64,000 bases of DNA from Candidatus Poseidoniaceae archaeon (lineage in GTDB: Archaea > Thermoplasmatota > Poseidoniia > Poseidoniales > Poseidoniaceae): contig CAXPMI010000037.1 of assembly GCA_964218365.1 (NCBI GenBank), positions 3,164-67,163 of the forward strand. Direction: 5' to 3'. The translations under genes were made by a program, and so were the position numbers. Below the pieces are notes generated by a model, which did not search any database, was not told where the DNA came from, and saw only the letters and a program-made list of their open reading frames with translations. Below, piece by piece: positions 7,168 through 15,827 of this stretch (its first letter is position 1; each line of letters starts with the position of its first letter).

Positions 7168-9135
7168 ATGCGCAGAAGGTCACCACTTGCAATCATGCTT
7201 GTGTCTGTGGCGCTTCTGATGTCTTTTTCAGTAGTCGTTGCTTCTAACACGAACGAAATCCAAAGTCACAGCACATCTGAATTAATTGACTCTCAGATTT
7301 GGAACCTCAACGAATCTGAAGGCGAAACATATACTGTTACTGTAGATGGAACCAATTTGCGGTTCTCCCCAGATACCGTCACTCTAATGGAGGGAGATAC
7401 GATACAATTCTTTTGGGAAAATCAATTACTCCCCCACAACGCAGTGGAACGAGGAGGTCTCTTTGATTCAGGAGAGCCTGAAAGAAATGTAAATTACACA
7501 TACACGTTCAACGTCGGAGAAAATGGAACTTACGAGTATGTCTGCGAACCGCATGAAAGCGTGGGAATGATTGGAACCATTATTGTAGAACCTAAACCAG
7601 TTCCTGAACCAGAACCAGAAGAACCCGATGATGAAGATGATGATACGTCTGTGATGTCGGTTGGAAGTGGAGAAATATCCGGATTCCTTTTTGCTCCCTG
7701 GTTTATCGGAGTCATAGTTTTAGTTGGCTTCATTTCAACAAGAAGCGATCAATTCCAACTTGGTTTGATTCTTGAAGAAGAAATAGACGCAGTGTTGGTT
7801 AATGATGATGGTGGCGAGGAAGGAAAAACTCTCGTTGAGAGCTACAATGCCAGAGTATTCACTCTTTGTGCACTTTACGTAGCACAGGGAATTCCATGGG
7901 GATTCATTACTGTCACATTTGTTACCTATCTAGCAGCAGAAGGGTTTGCAGCAAAGGACCTCGCAATGTTGCTTACACTAGGAACTCTTCCTTGGTCAGT
8001 AAAGTTCCTGTGGGGCCCTGTAATCGACAGGTATCAGTACCGTCCAATGGGTAGGAGAAGACCTTGGATTCTCATCGCCCAAACGGGCATGATAACCCTA
8101 CTAACACTGATGGTTTTCTTCATAGATGTAGAGAAGGATGTAACAACTATTGCATACATGTTCCTTGTTTACAACATATTTACGTCTCTACAGGATGTTA
8201 GTACCGATGCCCTGGCTGTAGACATTTTGAAACCAAATGAATTAGAGAAAGTAAACGGTTACATGTTTACCGCTAAAACACTAGGAGGAATGATTGGAGG
8301 GGCCGGTCTTGGGACGATAATCAGCTACACTGGAATACGAGGTGCACTGATTGTTCAGATTCCTATATTGCTAGCTATAATGATGGTTCCACTTTACATG
8401 AGAGAGAGACCTGGCGAGAAATTATTCCCGTGGAGCGAAGATTCACACCTTGCGTTCGAAGAAAAGGCATCTAGCAACCAAAATTTCAAAGAAATTATCG
8501 GGAAAGTGAAAACTGCATTCTCACTAAAGTCAACTCAGTTAGGAATTCTCCTTAGTCTATTCGTCTCACTTTCTCACTTTTTGATTCCTCTTTTGCCATT
8601 ACTTTTCTTGAGAGAATTAGATTGGTCACAAGAGAGATTCAATGCGACAAAAGGTGGTCTAGTGCTGATAATAACCATGTTTGGTTATCTTGCTGGAGGA
8701 TATCTCGGTAAGAAATTCGGAGGTAAATCAGTTATCATTTACTCAACTACAATCGGTGCTTTAGTTACTGCATTTTGGGGATTAACCGAATCATGGTGGG
8801 GAAGCGAATTCTATCTTGTATTCATTTGGTCATTAGCAGAATTCATGATGGCAATCGTAAGTATTAGCATTTATTCGCTAATGATGCGAATAACATGGAG
8901 CGAGGTTGGTGGTACACAATTTACTGGATACATGGCGATGATGAACCTCTCAGCAATTATTGGATACCAAATAGCGGCACCACTTTCAGAGCGATTTGAT
9001 TATCCAACTCTTTTCTTGATTGCAGCAGTCTTTGAGACACTGATTATCGCAACTGCGCTCTTCATTGATCCAGACGAAACACGCCGTGAACTTGAGGATT
9101 TGACAACAGAGCAACAGGTTCCAGAATCTATCTAA
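7168..9135 (+). CDS. Fusion protein: signal peptide + type-1 (blue) copper cupredoxin domain + AmpG/PAT-family MFS transporter
   Basis: The signal-like N-terminus is followed by a cupredoxin module at nt 7330-7593. Its ligand pattern is 'PHNAV' ... 'YVCEPHESVGM' (H, C-x2-H-x4-M). An acidic/Pro linker follows ('PKPVPEPEPEEPDDEDDD'). The remainder is a roughly 12-TM MFS with the AmpG-type motif 'LPWSVKFLWGPVIDRYQYRPMGRRRPW'. Confidence 0.75.
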   Translation: MRRRSPLAIMLVSVALLMSFSVVVASNTNEIQSHSTSELIDSQIWNLNESEGETYTVTVDGTNLRFSPDTVTLMEGDTIQFFWENQLLPHNAVERGGLFDSGEPERNVNYTYTFNVGENGTYEYVCEPHESVGMIGTIIVEPKPVPEPEPEEPDDEDDDTSVMSVGSGEISGFLFAPWFIGVIVLVGFISTRSDQFQLGLILEEEIDAVLVNDDGGEEGKTLVESYNARVFTLCALYVAQGIPWGFITVTFVTYLAAEGFAAKDLAMLLTLGTLPWSVKFLWGPVIDRYQYRPMGRRRPWILIAQTGMITLLTLMVFFIDVEKDVTTIAYMFLVYNIFTSLQDVSTDALAVDILKPNELEKVNGYMFTAKTLGGMIGGAGLGTIISYTGIRGALIVQIPILLAIMMVPLYMRERPGEKLFPWSEDSHLAFEEKASSNQNFKEIIGKVKTAFSLKSTQLGILLSLFVSLSHFLIPLLPLLFLRELDWSQERFNATKGGLVLIITMFGYLAGGYLGKKFGGKSVIIYSTTIGALVTAFWGLTESWWGSEFYLVFIWSLAEFMMAIVSISIYSLMMRITWSEVGGTQFTGYMAMMNLSAIIGYQIAAPLSERFDYPTLFLIAAVFETLIIATALFIDPDETRRELEDLTTEQQVPESI

Positions 9136-9164
9136 CTGCGCCTGCGGCTTAGGTGATTAGAGGA

Positions 9165-9237
9165 TAGTCCTGGTCGGAGTCGAACCGACGTCCCCGGGAC
9201 CAAAACCCGAGATGATGGACCACTACACTACAGGACT
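9165..9237 (-). tRNA. tRNA-Gln (anticodon TTG)
   Basis: The reverse complement folds as a cloverleaf. Acceptor AGTCCTG/CAGGACT. Anticodon arm TCGGG-TTTTGGT-CCCGG, giving anticodon TTG. T arm GTCGG-TTCGACT-CCGAC. The discriminator is A and no CCA is encoded. Confidence 0.85.
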
Positions 9238-9259
9238 GTGGCGAGTCGCCGTGGAGGAT

Positions 9260-9769
9260 TCACTTCAAGTTAGTTTCGCCTATTACTTCGCGAGCAGACG
9301 CAATAAATTCACTGAGGTCTAAGCCCTGTTTATCCTCGTAAATTCGGGCCATTAAGGCCATGTCGAGTTTGTCTAAATACTTCACAAACTTTGCTTCTTC
9401 AGTTTCCTGTGCCTCATATTCTTCAAACAGTCCCAACCATTGCGGCGCTAACCTAGTCATCGCCCTATGTTCATCCTCACTCTTCGTACTGGTATCGTCA
9501 TGTGGAGTAAGATCTCCAACCTCAACCTCAGGTAAATCATGAACCAAACACATCTCGATAACTCTCATTCGGTCGAGATGTTCAGGGCACAAATGCATAG
9601 CAAGTACCGACATTCCCCAGGAATGTGCAGCCACGCTTTCCGGTGAATCTACACCTGCTCTTACCCATCCAGTTCTGAGTATGTCTTTCAATCCAAGCCA
9701 TTCTCGCATGGTCAATGTAAGGTGTGACCTAATTTGAATCATCTTATTGCTATCAAGGGTTGAAGCCAA
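9260..9769 (-). CDS. HD-domain phosphohydrolase (YfbR-like 5'-nucleotidase family)
   Basis: The 'ESVAAHSWGMSVLAM' and 'VHDLPEVEVGDLTPHD' motifs give the H...HD...D metal-binding pattern. The start could instead be an internal Met. Confidence 0.7.
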   Translation of the reverse strand: MASTLDSNKMIQIRSHLTLTMREWLGLKDILRTGWVRAGVDSPESVAAHSWGMSVLAMHLCPEHLDRMRVIEMCLVHDLPEVEVGDLTPHDDTSTKSEDEHRAMTRLAPQWLGLFEEYEAQETEEAKFVKYLDKLDMALMARIYEDKQGLDLSEFIASAREVIGETNLK

Positions 9770-9801
9770 TTATCATGAACGTGGAACATTTCGGGTAAAG
9801 C

Positions 9802-10650
9802 ATGAGCATCACAAAAATGGCCGTTTTGGGCGCAGGCCAAATGGGAAATGGAATTACACAAGTTGCAGCATGCGCTGGAATTGAAGTAGTAATGATAGAT
9901 ATCCAGCAAGAATATGTCGACAAAGGTATTGCAACTATTGAGAAGTCTCTTGCAAAACTGGTCTCTAAGGAAAGAATGTCCCAAGAAGATGCAGATGCTG
10001 CTCGGTCAAGAATTAGCACGGCAGTAGACAGGTCAGCTTGTGCAGATGTTGACCTAGTAGTAGAAGCAGTACCAGAAATCCTTGACTTGAAGTTGTCAAT
10101 ATTCTCTGAGTTAGATGGTATCTGCAAGGAAGATTGTATCCTTGCTACCAACACATCTTCAATCTCAATCAGTGAAATTGCAGCCGCAACCTCAAGACCT
10201 GACAAGGTAATTGGAATGCATTTCATGAATCCAGTACCAATCATGAAACTTGTCGAAGTCATTAATGGAAAGGAAACTACTGAATCTGTTACTTCAACAG
10301 TTCTCGCAGCAGCAGAGCGCATGGGAAAGATCCCTCTTATGTGCAACGACTCTCCAGGGTTCGTATCGAATAGAATTCTTTGCCCAATGATAAACGAAGC
10401 AATCCTAACTCTGCAGGAGGGTGTTGCAGAACCAGAAGCAATCGATGGAATCATGAAGTTGGGAATGAATCATCCTATTGGTCCACTCGCACTTTCAGAC
10501 TTGATTGGGAACGATACCGTTCTACACATCATGAATGTCCTCCACGAGGGAATGGGAGACGACAAATACGCTCCTGCACCTCTTCTTATAGAAATGGTTG
10601 AGCAAGGAAAACTCGGCAGGAAATCAGGCCAAGGGTTCTATGATTATTGA
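9802..10650 (+). CDS. hbd: 3-hydroxybutyryl/3-hydroxyacyl-CoA dehydrogenase
   Basis: Rossmann N-terminus 'MAVLGAGQMGNGITQVAA', plus 'NTSSISISEIA', 'GMHFMNPVPIMKLVEVI', 'SPGFVSNRIL' and 'GMNHPIGPLALSDLIG'. Confidence 0.85.
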   Translation: MSITKMAVLGAGQMGNGITQVAACAGIEVVMIDIQQEYVDKGIATIEKSLAKLVSKERMSQEDADAARSRISTAVDRSACADVDLVVEAVPEILDLKLSIFSELDGICKEDCILATNTSSISISEIAAATSRPDKVIGMHFMNPVPIMKLVEVINGKETTESVTSTVLAAAERMGKIPLMCNDSPGFVSNRILCPMINEAILTLQEGVAEPEAIDGIMKLGMNHPIGPLALSDLIGNDTVLHIMNVLHEGMGDDKYAPAPLLIEMVEQGKLGRKSGQGFYDY

Positions 10651-10708
10651 TGAGTCTTTGACTCGTATCGGCTAAAACATTTAGTAGTCGAATTAAACGA
10701 TTTAATAC

Positions 10709-13700
10709 ATGCGTAAAGCCTTGGTATTGGCAGCGTTAATGGTGTCGATGACACTCATACCAATAGTCAGTGCTTTGGATGGAGACGGGGACGGAATCAA
10801 CGATTCTAACGACGTATGTCCATTTGCAGCAGGTACTGCAAATTCTACCGCAGGTTTTGGCTGTCCAGATAGCGATGGAGACGGTCTAGCAGACTTTGAG
10901 CAACCAACAAGGTATGCTTGGAGTGAGTCTTCATCTGTACGAGTAACCACTGGTACAACCTCCGGTGAGGTCAACGTGATTGAGTGGGCAACCAACGGCA
11001 GCGTGTTCTTTGCTGGAAGCAACAACAATCGAGTTGTTATGTATGATAGTTCTGGAATTTTCATCAAAAATCTATACACAATGCAAGGGGATATAATGGA
11101 TATAGAAATCTCACCAAATGGGGATAATCTTGTTGTTGGTAGCAAAAATGGAGGTTGTGTAGTAATTAATGCAACATCAGGGACATTTGTTGCAGATCTT
11201 TGGAATGGCACAACTTCTAGCGACATATACGAAGTTGGTTGGTCTAGAGATGATGAGAGAATATTCTGTGGTGGCCGTGATTCTACACTAAAGTCGTACT
11301 ATACTAGCAACTATAGTTTTGAGAAGAATTTCCCTGGATTGCCTGGCTGGATAAGTGGTATTGATACAACGCCTGATGGAAGAATTGTTTTCGTAACAGG
11401 AAATCAGGATGTCTACGGTTTTTGGACTGAAAATAACACAATTTATCTGAATATGACAAACCATTCAAACTACGTTAGAGTGTTGACAGTTAGTCCTGAC
11501 GGAAGGTACGTAGCCACAGGTTCACAAGATAGTACTGTCATCATAACTGATGTTAAATCAAAATCAATAATTAAACAATTAACCTTAGGGGGTCAGGTAC
11601 ACGATATCCACTTTTCAAGTGATGGTGGAAGCATGCTTGTGACTCGAGGATATGGGTCAGAATTCTACGTATTTAGGACAGATACATGGGCCAATATAGG
11701 TACTATTGGAGGATTTGGAACATCACAAAATAACCGTGGTGTATTTTCTGCAGAATTTAATGAAGATGGGGATAGAATTGCAATAGGTTGGCGCAGGGGT
11801 TGGGTTTCCGTCCATACGATTTCGGAAAATTTCATCAGAATTCAAGGATTACATTATACCTCCTTAATGGAGTCACCATGGAAATCAACGTACACTGCTA
11901 CGAGTGATTATGTTGGTGTTTGGGAATATGATAGATTGCAGTCTACACTCGATGCGTGTGAATCTAAACATTACATTGGTTCGGCTACGAATGGTGTAGA
12001 CCCCTCTCTAGCTTCCAAATCAACCAATTATTCTATGACAGGAATTTGGGAATGTGATACGACCGACGAAGAGATTCTTGAGATACCATACGGAAGAGCA
12101 GCAGGTGCTCTAATGGTAAAAGCCGATGGAGACGCACAAACTTGTATTGAGACAATTGGAGGATTATCACTAGCACAAATTCGTTGGATAGCGTCAGCTT
12201 CAGGCAGGAGCGGTTTGACAACAGCGGGTGAGATGCCTGCCCTAGATTGGAGCTCAGTCGTACCTAGCGATGACAATGATGGAATTAGAGAATGGAGTGA
12301 CTTACATGATTCTTGTATTGGTGATGAGATAATCTTAGCTCACCGCTCTGAAGAAAGAGTTGACACAACAATTCTCGAAGAACTTGTCTTGTGTGAGAAT
12401 TGCGCTCAGAAGGATTCCTTCTATTCATCGACAACATCGAGATTTAGGTTTGATGTTGGTGAAGATAGAGAAAATGTAACCGACGTAATCTCTGCGCCTG
12501 CGGGTGATGGTTCGATAGGTTTCACAGAGTTAGCATTTACTTTAGACAATTCAAATGGTTTGTACATAGTTCCAATAGTTGACAACTTAACTCATGGAGC
12601 AGAAGATGCAATTCTTGCCGGAGGGCATGCAGTTAACGCTTCAATTAATGCCTCTCGTGACGGTGAATGGCCACTTCAGACAGACATGCGTGCATTTTCT
12701 TCTGTCAGCAATATCACAAAAAACATGCCTTTCCTCAGATATTTGTTATCAGAGATTGGCCAATTAAAATGGGAGCAAATGGGCTTTGTAGGTCTTGGTG
12801 TGTGGGATTTGTACCTAACTTGGGGTAAATTAGGGCTCGATATGTATCACATACTTCCTGATGAAGATATGGACGGAGTTTGGGATGGTGATGATATCTG
12901 CCCTAATACAGAAGTTGGTCTAAGTGTAAACGATGCAGGATGTCCTGAAAGTGAAATAGACGACGACAATGACGGATACACTAACGATGTTGATGATTGT
13001 GATGGTGTGCCAGGAACATCATACATCGATAAGTTAGGTTGCCCAGATCAAGATGGTGATGGTTGGGAGGATTCTAATGACTCACATCCTAATGACTCAA
13101 CAGAATGGAATGATACAGATTCCGATGGCTTTGGAGACAATTCCGATGATTGTCCAGATGAATTTGGAAACTCAACACAAGGTAGCGTTGGTTGCCTTGA
13201 TAGTGATGGAGATACTTGGGCAGACTTGAACGATGCATTTGTGAATGATAGTTCAGAATGGTTCGATTTTGATGGTGATGGCTTTGGAAATAATATTGAC
13301 GAATTCCCATATGAGCCAACTCAATGGCTTGATTCGGATTCTGATGGGTTCGGAGACAACAATTCCGGATTAGAAGGGGATGACTGTGTCGATGTTGCAG
13401 GAACTTCAAACAAAGATGGCCTATTTGGCTGCCTAGACTCAGATGGTGACGGATGGGCGGATACAATTGACGATTTACCCTCAAATCCGTTACAACACAT
13501 CGACGCAGACGGAGATGGTGTAGGAGATTCCGTTTCTTCATCAGGCTTTGATATGTGCGTTGAAACAACTCCAGAAGAAAGGTCGATGGTTGATTCAAAC
13601 GGGTGTGGCCCATCTGAAAGAGATGGAGATTATGACTCATTTACAGATGATATCGACCAATGTCCATCAACTCCACTTTTGAAAACGACCCTAGTTAATA

Positions 13701-14581
13701 CAACTATATTCTTGGACGAAGACAAAACAGTCCTAAATCCAATAGTTGGTTGTGCTCCATCTGAAATAGACCTTGATGGAGATGGAGTTACTGCTGATTT
13801 GGATTGGGACGACAACAATGCGAATCAATCAATTGACAGCGATGGAGATGGATTTGGTGACAATAGTAACTCTCCGGATGGAGATGATTGTCCATTACAG
13901 AAAGGGACCTCTACAAAGGATAAGCTTGGCTGCTTAGATCTTGATAATGATGGCTGGTCATATGAAACAGACTTCAATGACGGTGACCCAACGCAGTGGA
14001 AGGATACCGATGGAGATGGATTTGGAGATAATTATGATAACTTGGATTGGAGCGAAGGGCGAACACTTGGAGAATTTGTCGAGGGAGCAACACAACCCGA
14101 TAGATGTCCAAATGAATATTCTGCTTTCCTTTATTCTAATACACAAGGCTGTTTGACATCTCCAGAGTCTTCAGATGAAAATGAACAAAATGCGGCTCAA
14201 GGCAAAGATGATGATGAAGAATCGAATCTTGTACTAATACTCTCACTGGCTGCAGTTGGAATCATTTTCGTGTTGTTTGGTGCTATCGCAGTTCTGCTTA
14301 GAAAGAAACCATCCTCAAAACCGAATGACAATATTGGACCTGTCCATCCGGCATTGGATAAGAACAAATCAGGATCCGAATTAACCGAAACCGATGATCA
14401 AGTTCAAGTTGTAGAGGAATCAATGGATTCGAAAGACTCAATTGAATTTGTATCAACTTGGGAAGAATTACCTACTGGTGAATGGCTTCCAAATGATGAG
14501 CATGGAGTGAATTGGTATCAGGATGAGGAAGGCAGATATTGGCATTCGACTGACGATGGTTTTAGAGTTTGGAAAGAATGA
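10709..14581 (+). CDS. Giant secreted surface protein: TSP3 repeats, WD40/YVTN beta-propeller, PBP-like region, long TSP3 array, TM anchor, cytoplasmic aromatic tail
   Basis: Signal peptide 'MRKALVLAALMVSMTLIPIVSA'. WD-like repeats are present, for example 'VSPDGRYVATGSQDSTVIITDV'. A central region with 'LSLAQIRWIASASG' is tentatively periplasmic-binding-protein-like. There are more than 15 'DSDGDGxxDxxDxCP'-type calcium-binding repeats. The TM helix is 'LVLILSLAAVGIIFVLFGAIAVLL', followed by RKK and a 93-aa tail. Confidence 0.8.
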   Translation: MRKALVLAALMVSMTLIPIVSALDGDGDGINDSNDVCPFAAGTANSTAGFGCPDSDGDGLADFEQPTRYAWSESSSVRVTTGTTSGEVNVIEWATNGSVFFAGSNNNRVVMYDSSGIFIKNLYTMQGDIMDIEISPNGDNLVVGSKNGGCVVINATSGTFVADLWNGTTSSDIYEVGWSRDDERIFCGGRDSTLKSYYTSNYSFEKNFPGLPGWISGIDTTPDGRIVFVTGNQDVYGFWTENNTIYLNMTNHSNYVRVLTVSPDGRYVATGSQDSTVIITDVKSKSIIKQLTLGGQVHDIHFSSDGGSMLVTRGYGSEFYVFRTDTWANIGTIGGFGTSQNNRGVFSAEFNEDGDRIAIGWRRGWVSVHTISENFIRIQGLHYTSLMESPWKSTYTATSDYVGVWEYDRLQSTLDACESKHYIGSATNGVDPSLASKSTNYSMTGIWECDTTDEEILEIPYGRAAGALMVKADGDAQTCIETIGGLSLAQIRWIASASGRSGLTTAGEMPALDWSSVVPSDDNDGIREWSDLHDSCIGDEIILAHRSEERVDTTILEELVLCENCAQKDSFYSSTTSRFRFDVGEDRENVTDVISAPAGDGSIGFTELAFTLDNSNGLYIVPIVDNLTHGAEDAILAGGHAVNASINASRDGEWPLQTDMRAFSSVSNITKNMPFLRYLLSEIGQLKWEQMGFVGLGVWDLYLTWGKLGLDMYHILPDEDMDGVWDGDDICPNTEVGLSVNDAGCPESEIDDDNDGYTNDVDDCDGVPGTSYIDKLGCPDQDGDGWEDSNDSHPNDSTEWNDTDSDGFGDNSDDCPDEFGNSTQGSVGCLDSDGDTWADLNDAFVNDSSEWFDFDGDGFGNNIDEFPYEPTQWLDSDSDGFGDNNSGLEGDDCVDVAGTSNKDGLFGCLDSDGDGWADTIDDLPSNPLQHIDADGDGVGDSVSSSGFDMCVETTPEERSMVDSNGCGPSERDGDYDSFTDDIDQCPSTPLLKTTLVNTTIFLDEDKTVLNPIVGCAPSEIDLDGDGVTADLDWDDNNANQSIDSDGDGFGDNSNSPDGDDCPLQKGTSTKDKLGCLDLDNDGWSYETDFNDGDPTQWKDTDGDGFGDNYDNLDWSEGRTLGEFVEGATQPDRCPNEYSAFLYSNTQGCLTSPESSDENEQNAAQGKDDDEESNLVLILSLAAVGIIFVLFGAIAVLLRKKPSSKPNDNIGPVHPALDKNKSGSELTETDDQVQVVEESMDSKDSIEFVSTWEELPTGEWLPNDEHGVNWYQDEEGRYWHSTDDGFRVWKE
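12860..14045 (+). repeat. Tandem degenerate thrombospondin-type-3-like (D-x-D-x-D-G) calcium-binding repeat array (coding)
   Basis: Recurrent gat-(a/t)cn-gat-ggn-gat-ggn units encode DSDGDG[FW][GA]D motifs spaced by C-containing linkers. The repeats are degenerate at the nucleotide level. The region also produces a spurious His/Gln-rich antisense ORF (13089-13640). Confidence 0.6.
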
Positions 14582-14590
14582 AAGCATCAA

Positions 14591-15355
14591 ATGCCTATTC
14601 TCACTGAGAGATTCATGAGTGATACATTTCTCGTCACTGGTGCATCCAAAGGTTTGGGTCGGTCAATCGCATTGGCTCTAGCAAATTGTGGAAAATCTGT
14701 AATCGCGTTGGCGAGAAGTAGCCCGGAGTTGGATGAACTGTATTCTTCTTTGAAACTTGTTTCGCCAAATTCGCAAATTGTTTCGTGCGATTTGGCTTCA
14801 AAAGAAGACATTTCAGATGCAGTTGAGATAATCAACCGGGGTTTCAAACACCTAGCGGGCATTGTACACAATGCCGGAACAATTACTCCGATAGAAAATA
14901 TGCTTGATGTTTCAAGAGAAAGTTGGGAACGTGCTGTTAATGTAAATCTCATTGGAGTTCAAGACCTAACTCAATCCTTAGACAGTCTGATAGGTGGTGA
15001 ATCTCATACTCGGGTTCTTACAATATCTAGTGGAGCAGCAAAGAGGCCACTGCACGGTTGGAGTTCATATTGTGTCTCCAAGGCAGGGCTAGACATGTGG
15101 ACTCGATGTTTGGCTGAGGAAGGAGAATCAGAGAACATATCTGCTCTGGCAATTGCACCAGGGATTGTCGATACAGGTATGCAGAAAGAGATTCGTCAAG
15201 CTGACGAATCATCGTTCCCACCTTTACAAAATTTCATTGATTACCACAAAAACGGAGAGTTGACAAATCCTGATGACGTGGCACAAAAATTACTTCCCTA
15301 CGTAGTAGGCGATTTAGGGCAAAATGGAGACATTTTGGATGTACGCAACTTGTGA
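14591..15355 (+). CDS. Short-chain dehydrogenase/reductase (SDR)
   Basis: Cofactor motif 'LVTGASKGLGRSIALALA', plus 'HNAG' and the catalytic 'YCVSKAGLDMW'. Confidence 0.8.
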   Translation: MPILTERFMSDTFLVTGASKGLGRSIALALANCGKSVIALARSSPELDELYSSLKLVSPNSQIVSCDLASKEDISDAVEIINRGFKHLAGIVHNAGTITPIENMLDVSRESWERAVNVNLIGVQDLTQSLDSLIGGESHTRVLTISSGAAKRPLHGWSSYCVSKAGLDMWTRCLAEEGESENISALAIAPGIVDTGMQKEIRQADESSFPPLQNFIDYHKNGELTNPDDVAQKLLPYVVGDLGQNGDILDVRNL

Positions 15356-15420
15356 GTAGTTAGTCGAATCAATGGTAACCGTCATAAGCCCCAACCATTG
15401 CCTGTGACTGAGGGAGCCAT

Positions 15421-15807
15421 ATGCCAGGAACAACCCGTGTTGAAATTCGAACTCTGAAGGTAGGTAGATACTGCTGTGTTGAAGACAAAGCGTACAAGAT
15501 AAATTCCATATCAAAATCCAAGCCAGGTAAGCACGGTTCTGCAAAGGCAAGACTAGAACTTGTAGACATTTTCACCGGCCAAAAGATCTCCCACGTCGGA
15601 AGTGTAACAGATTCCATCAACGTTCCACTAATCGAAAAGGGGACCGCAATGGTAACCCACATCGAAGGGGCAGAAGTTCACGCAATGAACATGCGTGACC
15701 ACTCAATGATGATTCTACCAATGGAAGATGAAATGGAAATCGACGCAGGTAAAGAAATCATGTGGATGGAAGCATTAGGACTCTACAAGATTATCCGTGA
15801 CCATTGA
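15421..15807 (+). CDS. eif5a: Translation initiation factor 5A (aIF5A)
   Basis: The hypusination loop 'SKSKPGKHGSAKARL' and a length of 128 aa are typical of aIF5A. Confidence 0.9.
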   Translation: MPGTTRVEIRTLKVGRYCCVEDKAYKINSISKSKPGKHGSAKARLELVDIFTGQKISHVGSVTDSINVPLIEKGTAMVTHIEGAEVHAMNMRDHSMMILPMEDEMEIDAGKEIMWMEALGLYKIIRDH

Positions 15808-15816
15808 ACTTCTTCT

Positions 15817-15823
15817 GAGGTGA
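15817..15823 (+). promoter_or_regulatory. Shine-Dalgarno-like site (GAGGTGA) for the OPT transporter gene
   Basis: GAGGTGA lies 4 nt upstream of the GTG start at 15828. It is complementary to the conserved 16S rRNA 3' end. Confidence 0.5.
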
Positions 15824-15827
15824 GATA

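Noticed and set aside
9753-10454. A 233-aa minus-strand ORF, with similar long antisense ORFs at 10702-11226, 33784-34410, 38677-39380, 41594-42139, 57284-57838 and 58496-59398.
   Set aside because: Each lies fully antisense to a gene with strong family motifs (hbd, the giant adhesin, rps7/rps12, DHH/pfdB, rrp4, lhr). Their translations are low-complexity and Ser/Leu/Pro-rich, as expected for shadow ORFs.
13089-13640. A 183-aa His/Gln/Leu-rich minus-strand ORF that looks like a metal-binding repeat protein.
   Set aside because: It is the antisense reading of the GAT/GGT-rich TSP3 repeat array. The periodicity comes from the sense-strand repeats.
10709-14581. PGF-CTERM-type sorting signals on the 1290-aa and 1137-aa giant proteins.
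   Set aside because: Both have a TM helix followed by long tails (93 aa and 63 aa) rather than a terminal motif-TM-basic tripartite signal. Only the 819-aa protein has that layout.
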